Shown: positions 11,903 to 25,599 of the stretch, piece by piece
How positions within the stretch are numbered: the first letter of the stretch is position 1
Layout of the letters: the number at the start of each line of letters is the position of its first letter
Source: Octopus vulgaris
Taxonomy: Eukaryota
Assembly: GCA_951406725.2 (NCBI GenBank)
Contig: OX597824.1
Span: 52,266,001-52,330,000, forward strand
Direction: 5' to 3'
DNA length: 64,000 nt
Position numbers and translations under genes: made by a program
Notes under the pieces: generated by a model
Seen by the model: the letters and a program-made list of their open reading frames with translations, nothing else
What the model was told of the DNA's origin: nothing
Database searches by the model: none

Positions 11903-14552
11903 AGGATTATATGCCGGTTAAATGAGCCCTTATTGAAATTTTCCGAGAAAAAATAACTCTGGCTTTGAAGGACTCCTTTGAGGAGAGAGTATTATCTACC
12001 AAATTAAGTAAAAAAGACCACTAGATATTAAAAGCTGTTAACGAAACTGGTGATTAGTATTTACAACTGTGTGATGAACCCACATACTGGCAGTTTAACG
12101 CCTGTCTCTATACTCTGACTACTACTGTAAAACAGACGTGAATGATATTCAAAAGGTAAACAAAACCGAAATAACAACGGAAGTACCATCACGGGTTTTG
12201 AAGACAGAGAAAAAGATAACTGGTTTACGGAAGACCATCAGTCATGTAATGAAGCTTACTGCAGTGAAAAGCTCCGACATCAGAAGAGAATAACGAGTGA
12301 AGAACAAAAAACAAAATATTTAACCGCAACCAGGCAGCAGTATACTGAGACATGAGAGAAGGAGCAGCAAACATCACTGAAACTCCTTCATGAGAAAACA
12401 TAGACTCCTTCTGATGGAAAATCTGGAGTGAAGAGAAGGAATTTAAATAAGATGCTCTGTGGCTGGAAGAAATCCGAAAAAGTTATTGCTCTTGCGTTAC
12501 ATCCAAGACATACAAGAAAACTTTTGATTCTGTTCTCCACTCATAGATGCTAGAAGCCCTTCAACTTGCTAAAGTTCTAGTGAGACATAGCTGACCTGAC
12601 TTCATCGCGGTCCACTGTCTTGAAATTAAACACAAAGAGTGACTGTGTTATCACCGATAGAATACAGCATCTCAAAGGCATAACCCCTTGACATTCATGT
12701 TAAGAAAGTCTGAAGGATATCTCATTGGTTCACAAGGAAACAGAAATACCAAAATTACACATTGCTTCTTTGTGGATGCCTTAAAACTTTATGCAAAGAA
12801 TATGCATGAAATTTGACACTTGACCTAGTTACAACGTTCTCAAAGGATGTATTATTGGGGTTTGGTCAAGATAAATGTTATATGTTTGTTAAAAGGGGGG
12901 AAAACTATAAACCAGATTAGTAACATCTCCATCAATGATTTGACTGTTTCCTCTGAATCTGACGAGGAATGTTACAGGTAGCTAGGGGTGGATGAAAATA
13001 TATTTTACAATGGCACCTGTAACAAAACACGCGTCACTAAAGAATATTACAGCCGAATAAAGAAAGTTTAGACCTCAGAACTCTCTGCATTCAACAAAAC
13101 AGTGGCCCACAATGTGCTTGCAGTGCCAGTACTCATACCAATGTTTGGGCTGCTTGATTGGATGATTGATGCGATTTGAGCCACTGATGTGAAAACTCGA
13201 AAAATACTAAGAAGCACACATAATTTCCACATAAACAGTGACATAGACCACTTCTACTTATAACGAAAACAAGGTGGCAGAGGCTTAACATCGATCCAAA
13301 ATGCCTTCGAATGTTGCATCATATCCCTTCGGCAACATCTTTTAACAACCAAGTGTCGATGTGCATCCCTTGTCCAAGTTTGCATACATGAGGCTGATAA
13401 CATCATAGGACATAAAAGGCAGCTCCTTGAGTAACACTTTTTGTGTGATAACTTAGAATACATGCCCAAAGAAGTCGCACAATTCTACCGCAACGTATCA
13501 TTGAATGAAAGGATGAGCCTATATGGGCAGAAGAATATGAATGGATATGTTAGTTGAAAGTTCCGTGATGGTAATAACATCGATTATCAAAGCAGTTTAT
13601 CATGGACCAATAACCTGATTACTACCTCCCACTTTGAAGGATATGCCTCTGCAATCAGGGAACAGGAAATATCAACCATGTACCTGATACAGAAAATGGA
13701 TTGAGATGCAAGAAAATCTGTAAAATGTGACAACCAATGCAGATTTTGTGGAGTTCACACTGATGATATCGCCCACATCATAAGCAATTGTCCGAGAATG
13801 TCATCACGGTTTTATGTACCAATGAGTCATGATGTTGTAGCCAGGACGCTATATACTGAAATCCGTCGGAAGGATAACCCCGAGGACAAAGAAGTAAGAA
13901 CCCACAATATGGTAGAAGCTATAGTCACTCATAATAAAAGGAAATACTGGTGGAATGGTAGCAGCGAAGACCTCAATAAAATGTAAGCACAACAGACCTG
14001 ATATAAAGATTTGGGATAGAGAAGAGAAACTGTGCACAGTTGTGGAAATTAGCTGCCCAGCGGATGTTAACATAAAGCTGCAGGTGAGTAGAAAAGGGAA
14101 CACCTATGCTGAATTATTGAGAAATCTACAGTTACTCTATCCAGGTTACAAGTTCACATATATACCTGTAATTATTGGGGCCCTGGGATATATAACAGAC
14201 TGCCTAAATGCTAATCTTGAGAAATTAAGCTTCTCAAAACCAGAAAGAAGTAAGTTAATTCGAAGACTACAGATCTAGTCCATCACGGGAACTGTAAGAA
14301 TCTGTAAAACTTTCCAGGAGTTTATCATTTAAATATATATGAGCATGTCTAGATATTCAACTATATGCAGGAGAATACATACATAAAACATACAAATCTG
14401 CTGATACATACATACATACATACATACATACATACATACATACATTCATACATACAAAAATACCCTTCTGTTGATGCGGAAATTCCAATAAAAGGGCTTT
14501 GGATCTAAGTTAGAAAACAGTTCTTTCTCTATTAGCAAGAAATCTTGAAAAA
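11198..14552 (+). mobile_element. long decayed RLE-type (R4-like) LINE, (TACA)n-associated family G
   Basis: RT remnants (ITHCFFVDALKLYAK; VLAVPVLIPMFG), CRFCG...HIISNC knuckle, RLE domain NRPDIKIWD...VVEISCP...IPVIIGALG (ORF 13955-14278); many stops; 5' boundary uncertain. Confidence 0.8.
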
Positions 14553-14574
14553 AACTGAATACTGTCATACATTA

Positions 14575-14965
14575 CTCAGTTATTGGGGGACTGGGATATG
14601 TAACACACTGCCTAAATACCTATCTTGAGAAATTAAGCTTCTCAAAATCAGAAAGGAGAAAGCTGTTTCGAAGACTACAGATCTAAGCCATCACAGGAAC
14701 TGTAAAAATCTGTAAATCTTTCCAGAAGTTTATCATTTAAACATATGTGAGCATGTCTAGACATGCAACTATATGCAAGAAAATACATACATAAAACAAA
14801 ACATTCAAATCTGCATTTAGATATACATACATAGATACATACAAAAATACCCTGATGATGTTGTTGAAATTTGAATGAAGGAATCTTGGATCTAGGTTAG
14901 AAACCGGCTCTTTCTCTGTTGGCAAGAAATATAGAAATAAAACTGATTAATGACATACATACATA
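14575..14965 (+). mobile_element. family G LINE 3' fragment in tandem
   Basis: Repeats 14170-14550 and ends in CATACATACAT. Confidence 0.8.
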
Positions 14966-15855
14966 TAAGAAATGTGAGAAACAGAAAAAGGAATTTATGA
15001 GACCCTTTATTCCTAACCACTGTGATCATTTTGACCCATCATGTACCGGTACCTTACAGATGGTATGCTGAGAAATCAATTGTCAGGCATCATAGGTTCA
15101 GATACATCTCCTCAGGTGGCTTTTCAAAAAGTATCTCGTTTTTCACTTGCCGTTTCGCTTATTTCTATAACAAAACAATTTGGTTAGTGCAGCATACTTT
15201 CTGTCTGAGATATTAAAAAAAAATGCAACGGTAAAGGAATAAGGAATCAAAAAATGAAATAAAAAAGTAATCCACCGATAAGAGACACTTTTGATTCAGC
15301 CGTAATGGATATATACTGAACACTTCGATTTATACGTATATACGTTCATACATACATACATACATACATACATACATACATACATACATACATACACAGA
15401 CACACACAAATTGATACATACATAGATACATACCAACATTCAGTTTATGTTATTTTATCCTAATGTTTACGTATTACATTTGACCTTGTGGCGAATAAAG
15501 AAATCATAAATAATATTATTTCTATTCCATAAACATATATATTGCACTCACAGATTTATATTTATACAAACGCTCCAACACTTAAGCATAAACACACAAA
15601 GACACACACATACAAAGATACACACATACAAAGACACGCACATATACACACATGTAACTTTAAGAAAAGGAAAAACAATACATATACAGACGCGCTTTTT
15701 TGACGCCAAAATGAAAAGCCATCATGGATTTGATTACATATAAGTATATAAGTATACATTCAAGGAGATATTTAAACACACAAACACACAAGCACATGTA
15801 TATATTTATGTATGTCGACACATGCATACACACACAGTATATATGTTTGTGACTC

Positions 15856-15888
<33 letters not shown>

Positions 15889-16089
15889 ATGTGTGCGTGT
15901 GTGTGTGTGAGTGTGTGTGCGTGTGCGTGTGTGTGTGAGTGTGTGCGTGTGTGTGTGTGTGGATGCCGATCATAAGGACGAAAATCAGAAGACCGAAAAT
16001 TATATTAAAAATAATGCCACCACCTCGGCAGTAGAGTGATAAGTATCCCCGTCTGTCATGCGGGAGACTGGCGTTTATACATGTTTTTT

Positions 16090-16245
16090 TTATGATTATA
16101 AAGTAAGAAATTCGCTTCCTAACAAGATGACTTCGGGTTCAGTCGAACTGCGTCGTATCTTGGGCCAGTGTCTTTTATTATAGCTTCGATCTGACTAAAG
16201 CATTTTAAGGGGATTTAATAGAGAAACCGAAAGAAGCTCGTCACA
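16090..16245 (+). mobile_element. SINE family A, 5' part
   Basis: GTAAGAAATTCGCTTCC...GGGTTCAGTCG...TTGGGCCAGTGTCTT...GAAAGAAGCTCGTC. Confidence 0.65.
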
Positions 16246-16279
16246 GACACACGCACACACATATGTATATATGCCATTT

Positions 16280-16618
16280 TTCATCCTTATTTACAGATTT
16301 GTATGTTTGTTTTATGTACGTATTCTCATGCATATAGTTACATATCTAGACATGCTCATTGATATTTAAATGCTAAACTTCTGGAAAGTGTTATAAATTC
16401 TTACAGATCCAGTGATGGATTGGTTCTGTAGTCTTCGAATTAGCTTTTTCCTTTCTGGTTGGTTTTGAGATGCCTAATTTCTCAAGATTGGTATTTAGAC
16501 AGTGTGTTATATCCCAGAGCCCCAATAATTACAGGTTTAAATCTGAACTTGTAATCTGGATAAAGTAACTGCAGATTTCTCAATATTTCAGCGTAGGTGT
16601 TCTCTTTTTCACTGATTA
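16280..16618 (-). mobile_element. family G LINE 3' fragment
   Basis: ISEKENTYAEILRNLQLLYPDYKFRFKPVIIGALG (ORF 16482-16664); 5' end in (TACA)n. Confidence 0.8.
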
Positions 16619-16687
16619 ATGCATATATGTATGTATATATGTGCGTACGTACGTATGTATGCATATATGTATGTATGTATGTATGTC

Positions 16688-17458
16688 CTGTCTTGTTTTA
16701 TTACAAAATTTCTTACCAATAAAGAAAGAGCCGGTTTCTACCATAGATCCAAGGCTCCTTCATTGGAATTTCAACATCAACAAATGTATGTATGTATGTA
16801 TGTATGTATGTATGTATGTATGTATGTATGTATGTATATGTGCAGATTTGTATGTTTTGTTTTATATATGTATTCTCATGCATATAGTTGGATATCTAGA
16901 TTTACAGATTTTTACAGTTCCAGTGATGAATTGGATCTGTGGTCTTCGAACTAGCTTTCTCTTTTCTGGTTTTGAGAAGCCTGATTTCTCAAGATTGGTA
17001 TTTGTAATTTGGGTAGAGTAACTTCAAATTTCTCAATAGTTCAGCGTAGATATTCTCCTCGTCACTGATCTGCAGTTTTATGTTAACATCTGCTGGGCAG
17101 CTAAATTCCACAACTGTGCACAGTTTCTCTTCTCTATCCCAAATCATTATATCAGGTATGTTATGTTCACATTTTATTGAGGTCTTCACTGCTACATTCC
17201 ACCAGTTCTCCTTTTTATTATGAGTGGTTATGGCTTCTACCATATTGTGGATTCTTATTTCTTTGTCATCGGGGTTATCCTTCCGACGGATTTCATTAAA
17301 GAGTGTCCTCGCTACAACCTTATGTCTCATCGGTAGATATTACTGTGATGACATTTTCGGACAATTGCTTATGATGTGGGTGATATCTTCTGTGTGAACT
17401 CCACAAAATCTGCATTGGTTGTCACATATTACTGCTTTTCTATAATCTTTATCCCTTT
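16688..17458 (-). mobile_element. family G LINE 3' fragment
   Basis: [24 protein letters not shown] and ORF 16989-17330; (TATG)n on both flanks. Confidence 0.85.
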
Positions 17459-17512
17459 TATGTATGTATGTATATATGTATGTATATATGTATATATATA
17501 TATATGTATGTA

Positions 17513-17588
<76 letters not shown>

Positions 17589-17589
17589 C

Positions 17590-17750
17590 AGTTTTGTTTG
17601 TGTCTCTTGTGTTTGTCCCCCAAATATCGCCTGACCGGTATTAGTTTGTTTACATCTCCGTAACTTAGTATTGGGATCGTGGTCTTCCACTAACCCCTTC
17701 AAGGCAGTGCCCTAGCATGGCCGCGCTCCAGTGACTCAACGAGTAAAAAC
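17590..17750 (+). mobile_element. SINE family A, 3' part
   Basis: GTGTTTGTCCCC...CCGTAACTTAG...AGCATGGCCGC...TGACT. Confidence 0.6.
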
Positions 17751-18450
17751 GATGCTATCGAATATTATAATATCCAAAGATCAAAGCTCTGAATTGTGCA
17801 ATATTATGAATAACGGTCTAGAAATGTTATTATTTACGGTTGCAAAAGGGAGTTAATTTGAGAAATTTGTCTTAGCATATTTATTGAAAAAATAATACTG
17901 TATTGCAAATATGCATTTTATGTGTCCTTGGTGTAGCTTTCAATTGTATGCAGTAGTTCTGCTATTCTTCTTTTGCCATAGAACTTTCAATAGATGGAAT
18001 GACAAATGAGGTCACCATAATGAGAAATCTGCATGCTATTGGATTATACTGATAAGCGCTTTTACAGCATGAGTACCACTTTCTGAGTGTCGGTGATTAG
18101 TAATTAGATCTCTGTATGACTTTGAACAGCATCCAACAGTACGGCACTGGTTCGAGCGTACCAGAGTTTTTGGGAATCATTCTTGACAACTATTTTTTTG
18201 GAGAACCAGCCCTTGGCCATAATTTTTCCTAGCTCCACTCTAACCCGAATTAGCAGCATCAATCAAGATCCAAGTTACGGATTAACTAGGAAATGTGATG
18301 ACAATCCACTTGAGCGTGGGAATGCAGAAATCCCTTGGTATTAAGGCGCGCAATAAAACCACTATGATTCAGGGACCGATAGCTGTTGTTACAGAATCTT
18401 TTTAGGAGAGGGATCTCTCTGTTGTAAAATCTGCAGCTATATATGACATA

Positions 18451-18485
<35 letters not shown>

Positions 18486-18488
<3 letters not shown>

Positions 18489-18730
18489 GTAAACCTTCCG
18501 TTATATATATATATATATATATAACGGAAGGTTTACGAAAATAAACAAAAGACGAAGGCAGGTGGAGTACAAACAAATAATGTATTAGTATGGCGCTCAG
18601 GAATAGAAATAAAACAAGTCTTTTACGTTTCGAGCCTACGCTCTTCGACAGAAAGATACACAGAAAAGAAACAAGGAGAGAAACAAGGAGAGAAAAAAAT
18701 TGCGTGTAGGGGCTAACGATCCAACATGGA
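18486..18730 (-). mobile_element. Penelope-like repeat fragment with minimal hammerhead-like motif and terminal palindrome in (TA)n
   Basis: Minus strand 18656-18619: TCTTT CTGTCGA A GAGC gtag GCTC GAAA CGT A AAAGA; perfect 18-bp inverted repeat 18486-18503/18522-18539. Confidence 0.55.
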
Positions 18731-19054
18731 AGCAACAAGAATAACTTCGGTAATTTGGTAGGATTGTTTCACGCTACATCATTTTTTTAAATGTTGTAAG
18801 TATTACAACAGCTTTAAAATGCTGAGCACTCATCAGCCATTAATAGAGGTTTTCCATTAATACATAATTTTCATATCAATTGATAACATTATAGAGAAGG
18901 TAGATATATAGACAAAGATGTGGATTTAACCGAAGTTATTCTTGTTGCTTATTTTGATTATAATCACCCCAGGGATTTATATGGATAACACCATACAAAA
19001 TTCTGGTGCATCTAACTTAAGCACCATATTCATTTGAATCTAAATTTTGCTGAA

Positions 19055-19092
<38 letters not shown>

Positions 19093-19334
19093 AGATAAGA
19101 AAATTGAGAAATACATCTAAATCAAATATCAATTACCAGATAATACTCAATCACATACTTTATTAAACGACCACATAAGAGACTGTAGGGTTAAACATAA
19201 AAAAAGCGGAACAAAACAGTGTACATAAAGGAATGTACATAAAAAGGTGTACATAAAAGAGTAATGTTGTATAAGTAGAATATATATAAAAAAGAGAATA
19301 TAAATATAAGTAAATATAAATATAAGTATAGATT

Positions 19335-19466
19335 ACATCTTACAGCTGTTTCGGCCATGTAGATAATTATGTCTCATTTTACCAATATTAGCCTTTTATG
19401 GTAGGTCAATATATAGATATAAATGAGACATTTACAAAAATATCATAAGGCCTCTTCGGAGATATA
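19335..19466 (-). ncRNA. type I hammerhead ribozyme-like motif (Penelope type, long stem II)
   Basis: Minus strand: ATATCT CCGAAGA GGCC...GGCC GAAA CAGCTG TA AGATGT; palindromic stem III; inner hairpin ATGTCTCATTT/AAATGAGACAT; one core deviation (U4 to C). Confidence 0.6.
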
Positions 19467-21000
19467 CATATACACATGAGTGCATATACTCACACTTCTA
19501 TACATATAAAAATATACATATACATAATGATGTAAATAAATAATATAAATTAGTAAACATATATATGTTCCACATTCAATGTTTCAGTTTTTCAACCTAA
19601 TATTGTGATAATAAACATACACATATTAGTACCTAGATGCAAATATACATAGTCAATAGTACATTATATTACTTCCTACTAATTTCCAAAGTGTCATTAA
19701 AGTTAGCATCATTATCTTTGTCAATACCATTAATGCTACCATTATTATCATTCATAATATTATTAATAACGATTACATTAGGATCCAAGGTGGCACATGT
19801 GTATGTCCAGGTTCCAGTTAGACATAAATACACTATTGGATTTGAATTTAAATTATAATTAGTATAAGTTGTTTATCTCGATGAGCATATAAGGTTTATT
19901 TTACGGTTGGTTTGTTGGAATTCTGCTGCACAGGCGTGGGTGTGGGTTGAGGTGTCGAGGTGTGTGAAAATGTGTATGTGTACACATTTTCCAATCGATT
20001 AAGAATTTGATGTTTATATGACTTATTGGATGAGAGTTGAAAATTTAAAAATACAGAGGAAATAAATGTGGTAAAATATTATTACATAAGGTAAATATAC
20101 AAACTCGGGTTTAAAGGACATCATCTACAGCCGTTGCATGAGTACATTAAGTATATAAATGGCGTTTTAAGTATTTCATATAAAAAAAACATAATGTCCC
20201 CTCATTAGGGTGGCTTCCTTCGTGATGAAATCTTACACGATAATAATTTAATTTATCAAATATATATATATATATAAATGTATGTGTGTTTTTTCATTGA
20301 GTACAAATAACACGAGAAAAATAGATAGTTACCAGGGTAGCAAAAATTCACATAAGTACCAAGGATGTAACAGCCAGAAATTCCAGGGTTTAGTGAACTG
20401 TTTTTGTTTAACATAGATAAATAAAGAAATGGAGTTAAACACAGATGTTATTCAAATCTTTATACTTCCGACAATTGTTGCGAATAAACAGAGGGAATAG
20501 AATGATATAAAACAATGCGATCTTCTTATAAAGGAAAAAAAAAGAGAAACAAAACACATCAATAAGCCATTTTAACCGAATGTGATTACTGCATATATGA
20601 TAAATGGAACGCTGGTAAGTTATCTTTAAAAAAAATGTTAATAGATTTAACGTCAGAGGCAATTTATAGAAAGAGGAGGAAGAAGAGAGAAATTAGCAGA
20701 AAACTAAGAGTGGAGAAATATAGAGCGATAGATGAATAGGAACAAAGCCTAAAGGCGTGGAAATAGATATATTTAGTGGAAATGAAATGCAAGAAGACAG
20801 TTTAAGGTCGAGTTCTATATATTGGTAGAAATTGGCCAAAGTTTCAGGCCTTATGCTTCGAGTAGAAAAGAATATTTACATGCATCATAAATAATGCCTA
20901 CACGACACACACGCACACACACAGAAAATAAAAGAAAAACACTTCTCACGAGCGACGGTGGACTAAACAAAAACATGGCGACTTCCCACTAACGAGTATA

Positions 21001-22271
21001 CGAGGGGCGTTCAATAAGTAATGCCCCTAACCCACTTCCCATAGCAGTAGAGCAACGAAACTTGGCACAGTTATTAGTCTTTTTCTACATAGAAACCACC
21101 CAGAGTTACGCATTTCTCCCAATGTTTGATGCAGTTCTGGAGACCGTTCTTGTAGAAGACCCCAGCTTGTTCTTCCAACCACGACGTGACTTCAGTAATC
21201 AAGGCTGCATCATCTGGGAAACGCTTTCCTTTCAAAAACAACTTAATGGCTGGGAAGAGGTGAAAATCAGAGAGTGCATGGGGGAGGAGTTCATAGCCGC
21301 CCGCCTGTGCTTCTGATCTGGCGACACGCGAGTTGTAGACCGGAGCGTTGTCCTGCAGGAGGAGGATGCTTTGCTGATCTTGCCCCGCCTCTTGATTTTG
21401 ATAGCTTCTCTTAATTTCCTCAAAAGTGAAGCATAATAGGCTCCTGTAATTGTGGTACCTTTTGCCAGGAAATCTGTCATCACTACTCCGTCCTGATCCC
21501 AGGGGACTGTGAGCATGACCTTGCCAGCGGAGGGCTGCACCCTTGCCTTCTTTGGAGGAGGTAAATCACGGTGCTTCCACTGCATTGACTGGGCTTTGGT
21601 CTCTGGATCATAGTGATGGACCCAGGTTTCATCCTGTGCAATCAAACTTTTGAAAAATTTTGACTCATCTTCTTGGCACATCTCCAAATTCATCCTCGAG
21701 CACTCGACGCGTTCTTGCTTCTGGAAAGGTGTGAGCAACCTGGGAATCCATCTGGCAGACACCTTTTGCATATGCAAATGGTCATGAATGATAGTTTCCA
21801 CAGACCCGGTACTAATCTTGACCTCATGGGCTAGTTGGCGAATAGTTATGCGTCGATCTTCCAAAATGGCAGCCTCAACTTGACAGACAGATGCCTCATC
21901 AATGGCAGAGAAGGGGCGACCAGATCTGGGAGCTGTTTCCACAGAGTTCCGACCATGTTTGAATTCACGATACCAGCGTTTTACAAGGTCATATGATGGG
22001 GCATCATCACCATAAGTTACTTTCATTTCGTCAAAAGTCTCCCGTGGTGTGCGTCCTTTCAAATACAAAAACCGGATCACTGCTCAACACTCAACAGGCT
22101 CCATTTCAGACTTGACTCAGTTCAAACACATGTAAATCAGAAACCACAATTAGTTCAGAGCTGTAATTTGCAATCTAATCTATAGAGATATAAGTAATTG
22201 CACATGCAAAATATCAGCTAGATCGAATAACTGCAAGTGGGTCAGAGGCATTACTTATTGAACGCCCCTCG
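21001..22271 (-). mobile_element. full-length mariner DNA transposon with TIRs and TA target duplication
   Basis: TIR CGAGGGGCGTTCAATAAGTAATGCC at 21001 and its reverse complement ending at 22271; TA on both sides. Confidence 0.95.
21074..22104 (-). pseudogene. mariner transposase, inactivated
   Basis: MEPVEC*AVIRFLY (early stop), WIPRLLT, QDETWVHHYDPETK, GKVMLTV, QDNA after a frameshift, deletion in the YSPDLAP motif, C-terminus YVEKD*. Confidence 0.9.
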
Positions 22272-22699
22272 TAAAAAGGAGCACACTAGTCACTCAGTTT
22301 AAAAATATCACTAAACAGTTTAAACAGTTATGCCCGGAAATATAGCTACCAAAAAAAAAAAAAAAAGGCGATTTTACATCTATCAGCCTACGATATGATA
22401 AATATATCTAGTTGAAGAGCAAGGAAACAGTGTCATGTCGAAAAGTCCACCTTGAACGAACAGACCCGTCTCCTATTGTCACTGTCAATGCTTTAATGAC
22501 AAGCCAAAACTCATGCTGGACCGGTCATCGCCCGGGACAAGAACCGCGTTTCCCAGTGGGAAACCAGACTGGGGTCACGAAGTCTGCTGCTGGAACAAAC
22601 ACTCAAAAATGCAAACTACCAGGTATCCACCAGGTAACATAAAAAATAACATAATCATGATATATATAATATTGCTCTTAGACAGATCTTAAGAAATAA

Positions 22700-25599
22700 G
22701 GGTATTGACCTAACAACCTTAAATAACCGCATCTATTCCACTGCTAAAGTTGTAGCTGCTCAATTAGGACGACTCACAAAAGGACCGACCATGTCAATAG
22801 ACCTTCTAAGTGGAAAGTAGAAATACAAAAACAGATCGAATTTTTGTGGGCAGATGTATCAGTTTTCGATGAACTTGCTAGAGGAGTAAATGATAAGACG
22901 AAACAAGCAAGAAAAATCAAGCAAAAATATTAAATCAAAGATTTTATAAACCTTCCCGTAATCAAAGAACAAGGGAAACAACAAATACAACTGAATGCCC
23001 AACGGCTCAGAAGGTATGACAGAAGAATCAAATTTTATAGACAAAACAAGGTATTCAAGACGGATGCAAAAAAATTTATTGGGAAATTGGTAAAAGCAAG
23101 ATAGAAGTAAAGGAACCACCTAAGACTGAGTTATGGGAAAAGATATGGAGCAACAAAAAAGAATATAATGCTGAAGTTCACTGGATAGAACGTGAGAAAG
23201 TGAGACTGGGTGAAATTGAAGAGCAGAAATGGGAAGTAATAGGAGTAGAAGAGATAAGATGTGTTCTTAGAAATTTCACAAATGGAGAACTCCAGACTGA
23301 ACCAGATCCACAACTTATGGCTGAATTGTTTGACAGAAGTACACTAAAATTTTGCTGCATCCCTAACTGATGTCCCTCAGAACCCAGAGCAAATACCTGC
23401 CTGGCTGACCGAATGAACAACATACCTTCTACCAAAAACTGAAGACACGAAAAACGAATTATTGGCCAATAACATGTCTCAACATCACCTAGAAGATCCT
23501 CACATCGATACTAACTGAAAGAATATACACTTTCCTGAAACAGAATGCTATCCTTCCACATGATCAACAAGATTGTAAAAAGAATTCTTATGGATGCAAA
23601 GATCAATTACTCATAAATAGAATAATTATAGAGAATTGCCGGAGCAGCAAGAAGAGCCTGAGTATGGCATGGATAGACTACAGGAAAGCGATTGATAGTG
23701 TCCCTCATAATTGGCTACTCAAGGCCCTTGAGATATATAAGATCTCTCCTACAGTCTCCACATTCTTACAAAGTCCCATGGCCAAGTGGAATACACGTCT
23801 CCTTCTAAACCATAGTAATCGAATGAACCAATTTAACAACATCAACATCAAACGCGGCATCTCCCCATTACTCTTTTGCATGGTACTGATTCCCACTCTC
23901 AAACGAACTAAGTAACACCAGATATAGGTTCAAAAAGCATAATATTATAGTAAATCATCGATTTTATATAGACGATCCGAAGTTGTTTGCTAGAAATGAT
24001 GAAGAGCTAGTAGGGCTGTTAACAACTGTTAAAGAGTTCAGCAATGACATCGGGATGGATTTTGGCCTTGATAAGTGTGCTAAAGCAACTTATCTAAGAG
24101 GAAATCTCAAGCAAACAGCTTCCAGTAAATTAGATACCGACACTACCATCAAGGAGCTTGACCCACACGGAAGATATTAATACCTGGAGATAAATGAAGG
24201 GGTAGGTATACAACATGCTTCTATGAAGGAAAAAATATGAAGGGAGTATTACAGAAGAATATGACTCATACTAAAATCTGAACTTAACTCCAAAAATCGC
24301 ATTGAAGCCATTAACACCCTGACACTTCCAGTAGTCCAATATAGTTTTAGCATCATTACCTGGAATCTTGCAGAACTCCAACGCCTGGACAGGAAGACAA
24401 GAAAACTACTAACATCTAAGAACATGCACCACCCAAAAGCAGATGTTGTTCGTCTGTACCTACCCAGACGTAAAAGAGGAAGAGGAATGATGCAGGTAGA
24501 ACTGTGCTATAAGACCTGCACAATAGCATTAAACAAGTACTTATCTGGCACAGAGGACTGAATGCTGCGGCTTGTGTGCAAACATGAAAGTAACAAAATA
24601 TTACATTCTATAGTCAAGGAAGCTTGCCGGTTCGCAAGGGAACATAAAGGTAGCATTTGTCTACCTGAAGCCACTGCCTCGAAAAATGCAAAACGGATTA
24701 AATAGACTGTAAAACAGAACGGGCAGAAACAAATTGAGGAGCGGTGGAGCCAGAAGCTTCTGCATGGACAGTATATACTTCGAAACCGAAATGCTGATAT
24801 AGATCAAGCAGCAAGCCATCAGTGGGTGAGAAGCTCAGGACTGAAAGCAGAGAGTGAAGGTTTCATATTGGCGGCACGAGATTAAAGCTTGCTAACCAAA
24901 AGCTACCAGACTATCGTTCTTCGAAACGGTTCTGACCGGAAATGCAGAATCTGTGATGCATTTGATGAAACAATAGACCATCTCATTTCGGGATGTCCTG
25001 TGCTGACACGAAACAAATACAAAAATTGTCACGATAAGGTAGGACAATGTTTACATTGGAAAATATGTAAACTCTACAAAATCAGCACTCCTTCTTACTG
25101 GTATGAACATCATCCTGAGCTAGCCGTTGAAGGTAAAAATGTCACTAAGCTCTGGGATTTTCCAGTCAACACTGACAGAGCGAGCCAGACATAGTCATTA
25201 AAGGCAGAGAAAAGAATACTTGTAGATTAGTAGATATAAGTGTTCCCACTGATAAAAATATATCGGTCAAGGAAGTTGTAAAATTAAGTAAATATAAAGT
25301 CCTGGAAATTGAAATACAAAAGATGTGCATCTTAAAGCGAGAACTATTCTCGTTATTGTGGGTGTCATTGGTATGATAAAAAAGGGATGTGAAAAACATC
25401 TAGATAATATCCCAGGAGAACCATGTCTCAGGGAAATTCAAAAGACTGCGCTGACAAGTGCTTCCCACATCATTAGAAAATCCCTATCAATTTAAAAGTA
25501 TTTGTTGTATTACATGCCCCTGCTACTTACTCTCTCTACTCGCCCTAGGATATTGGGTGTTTCTCGGCGAGTGATAGTAACAAACATACAGATTAAAAG

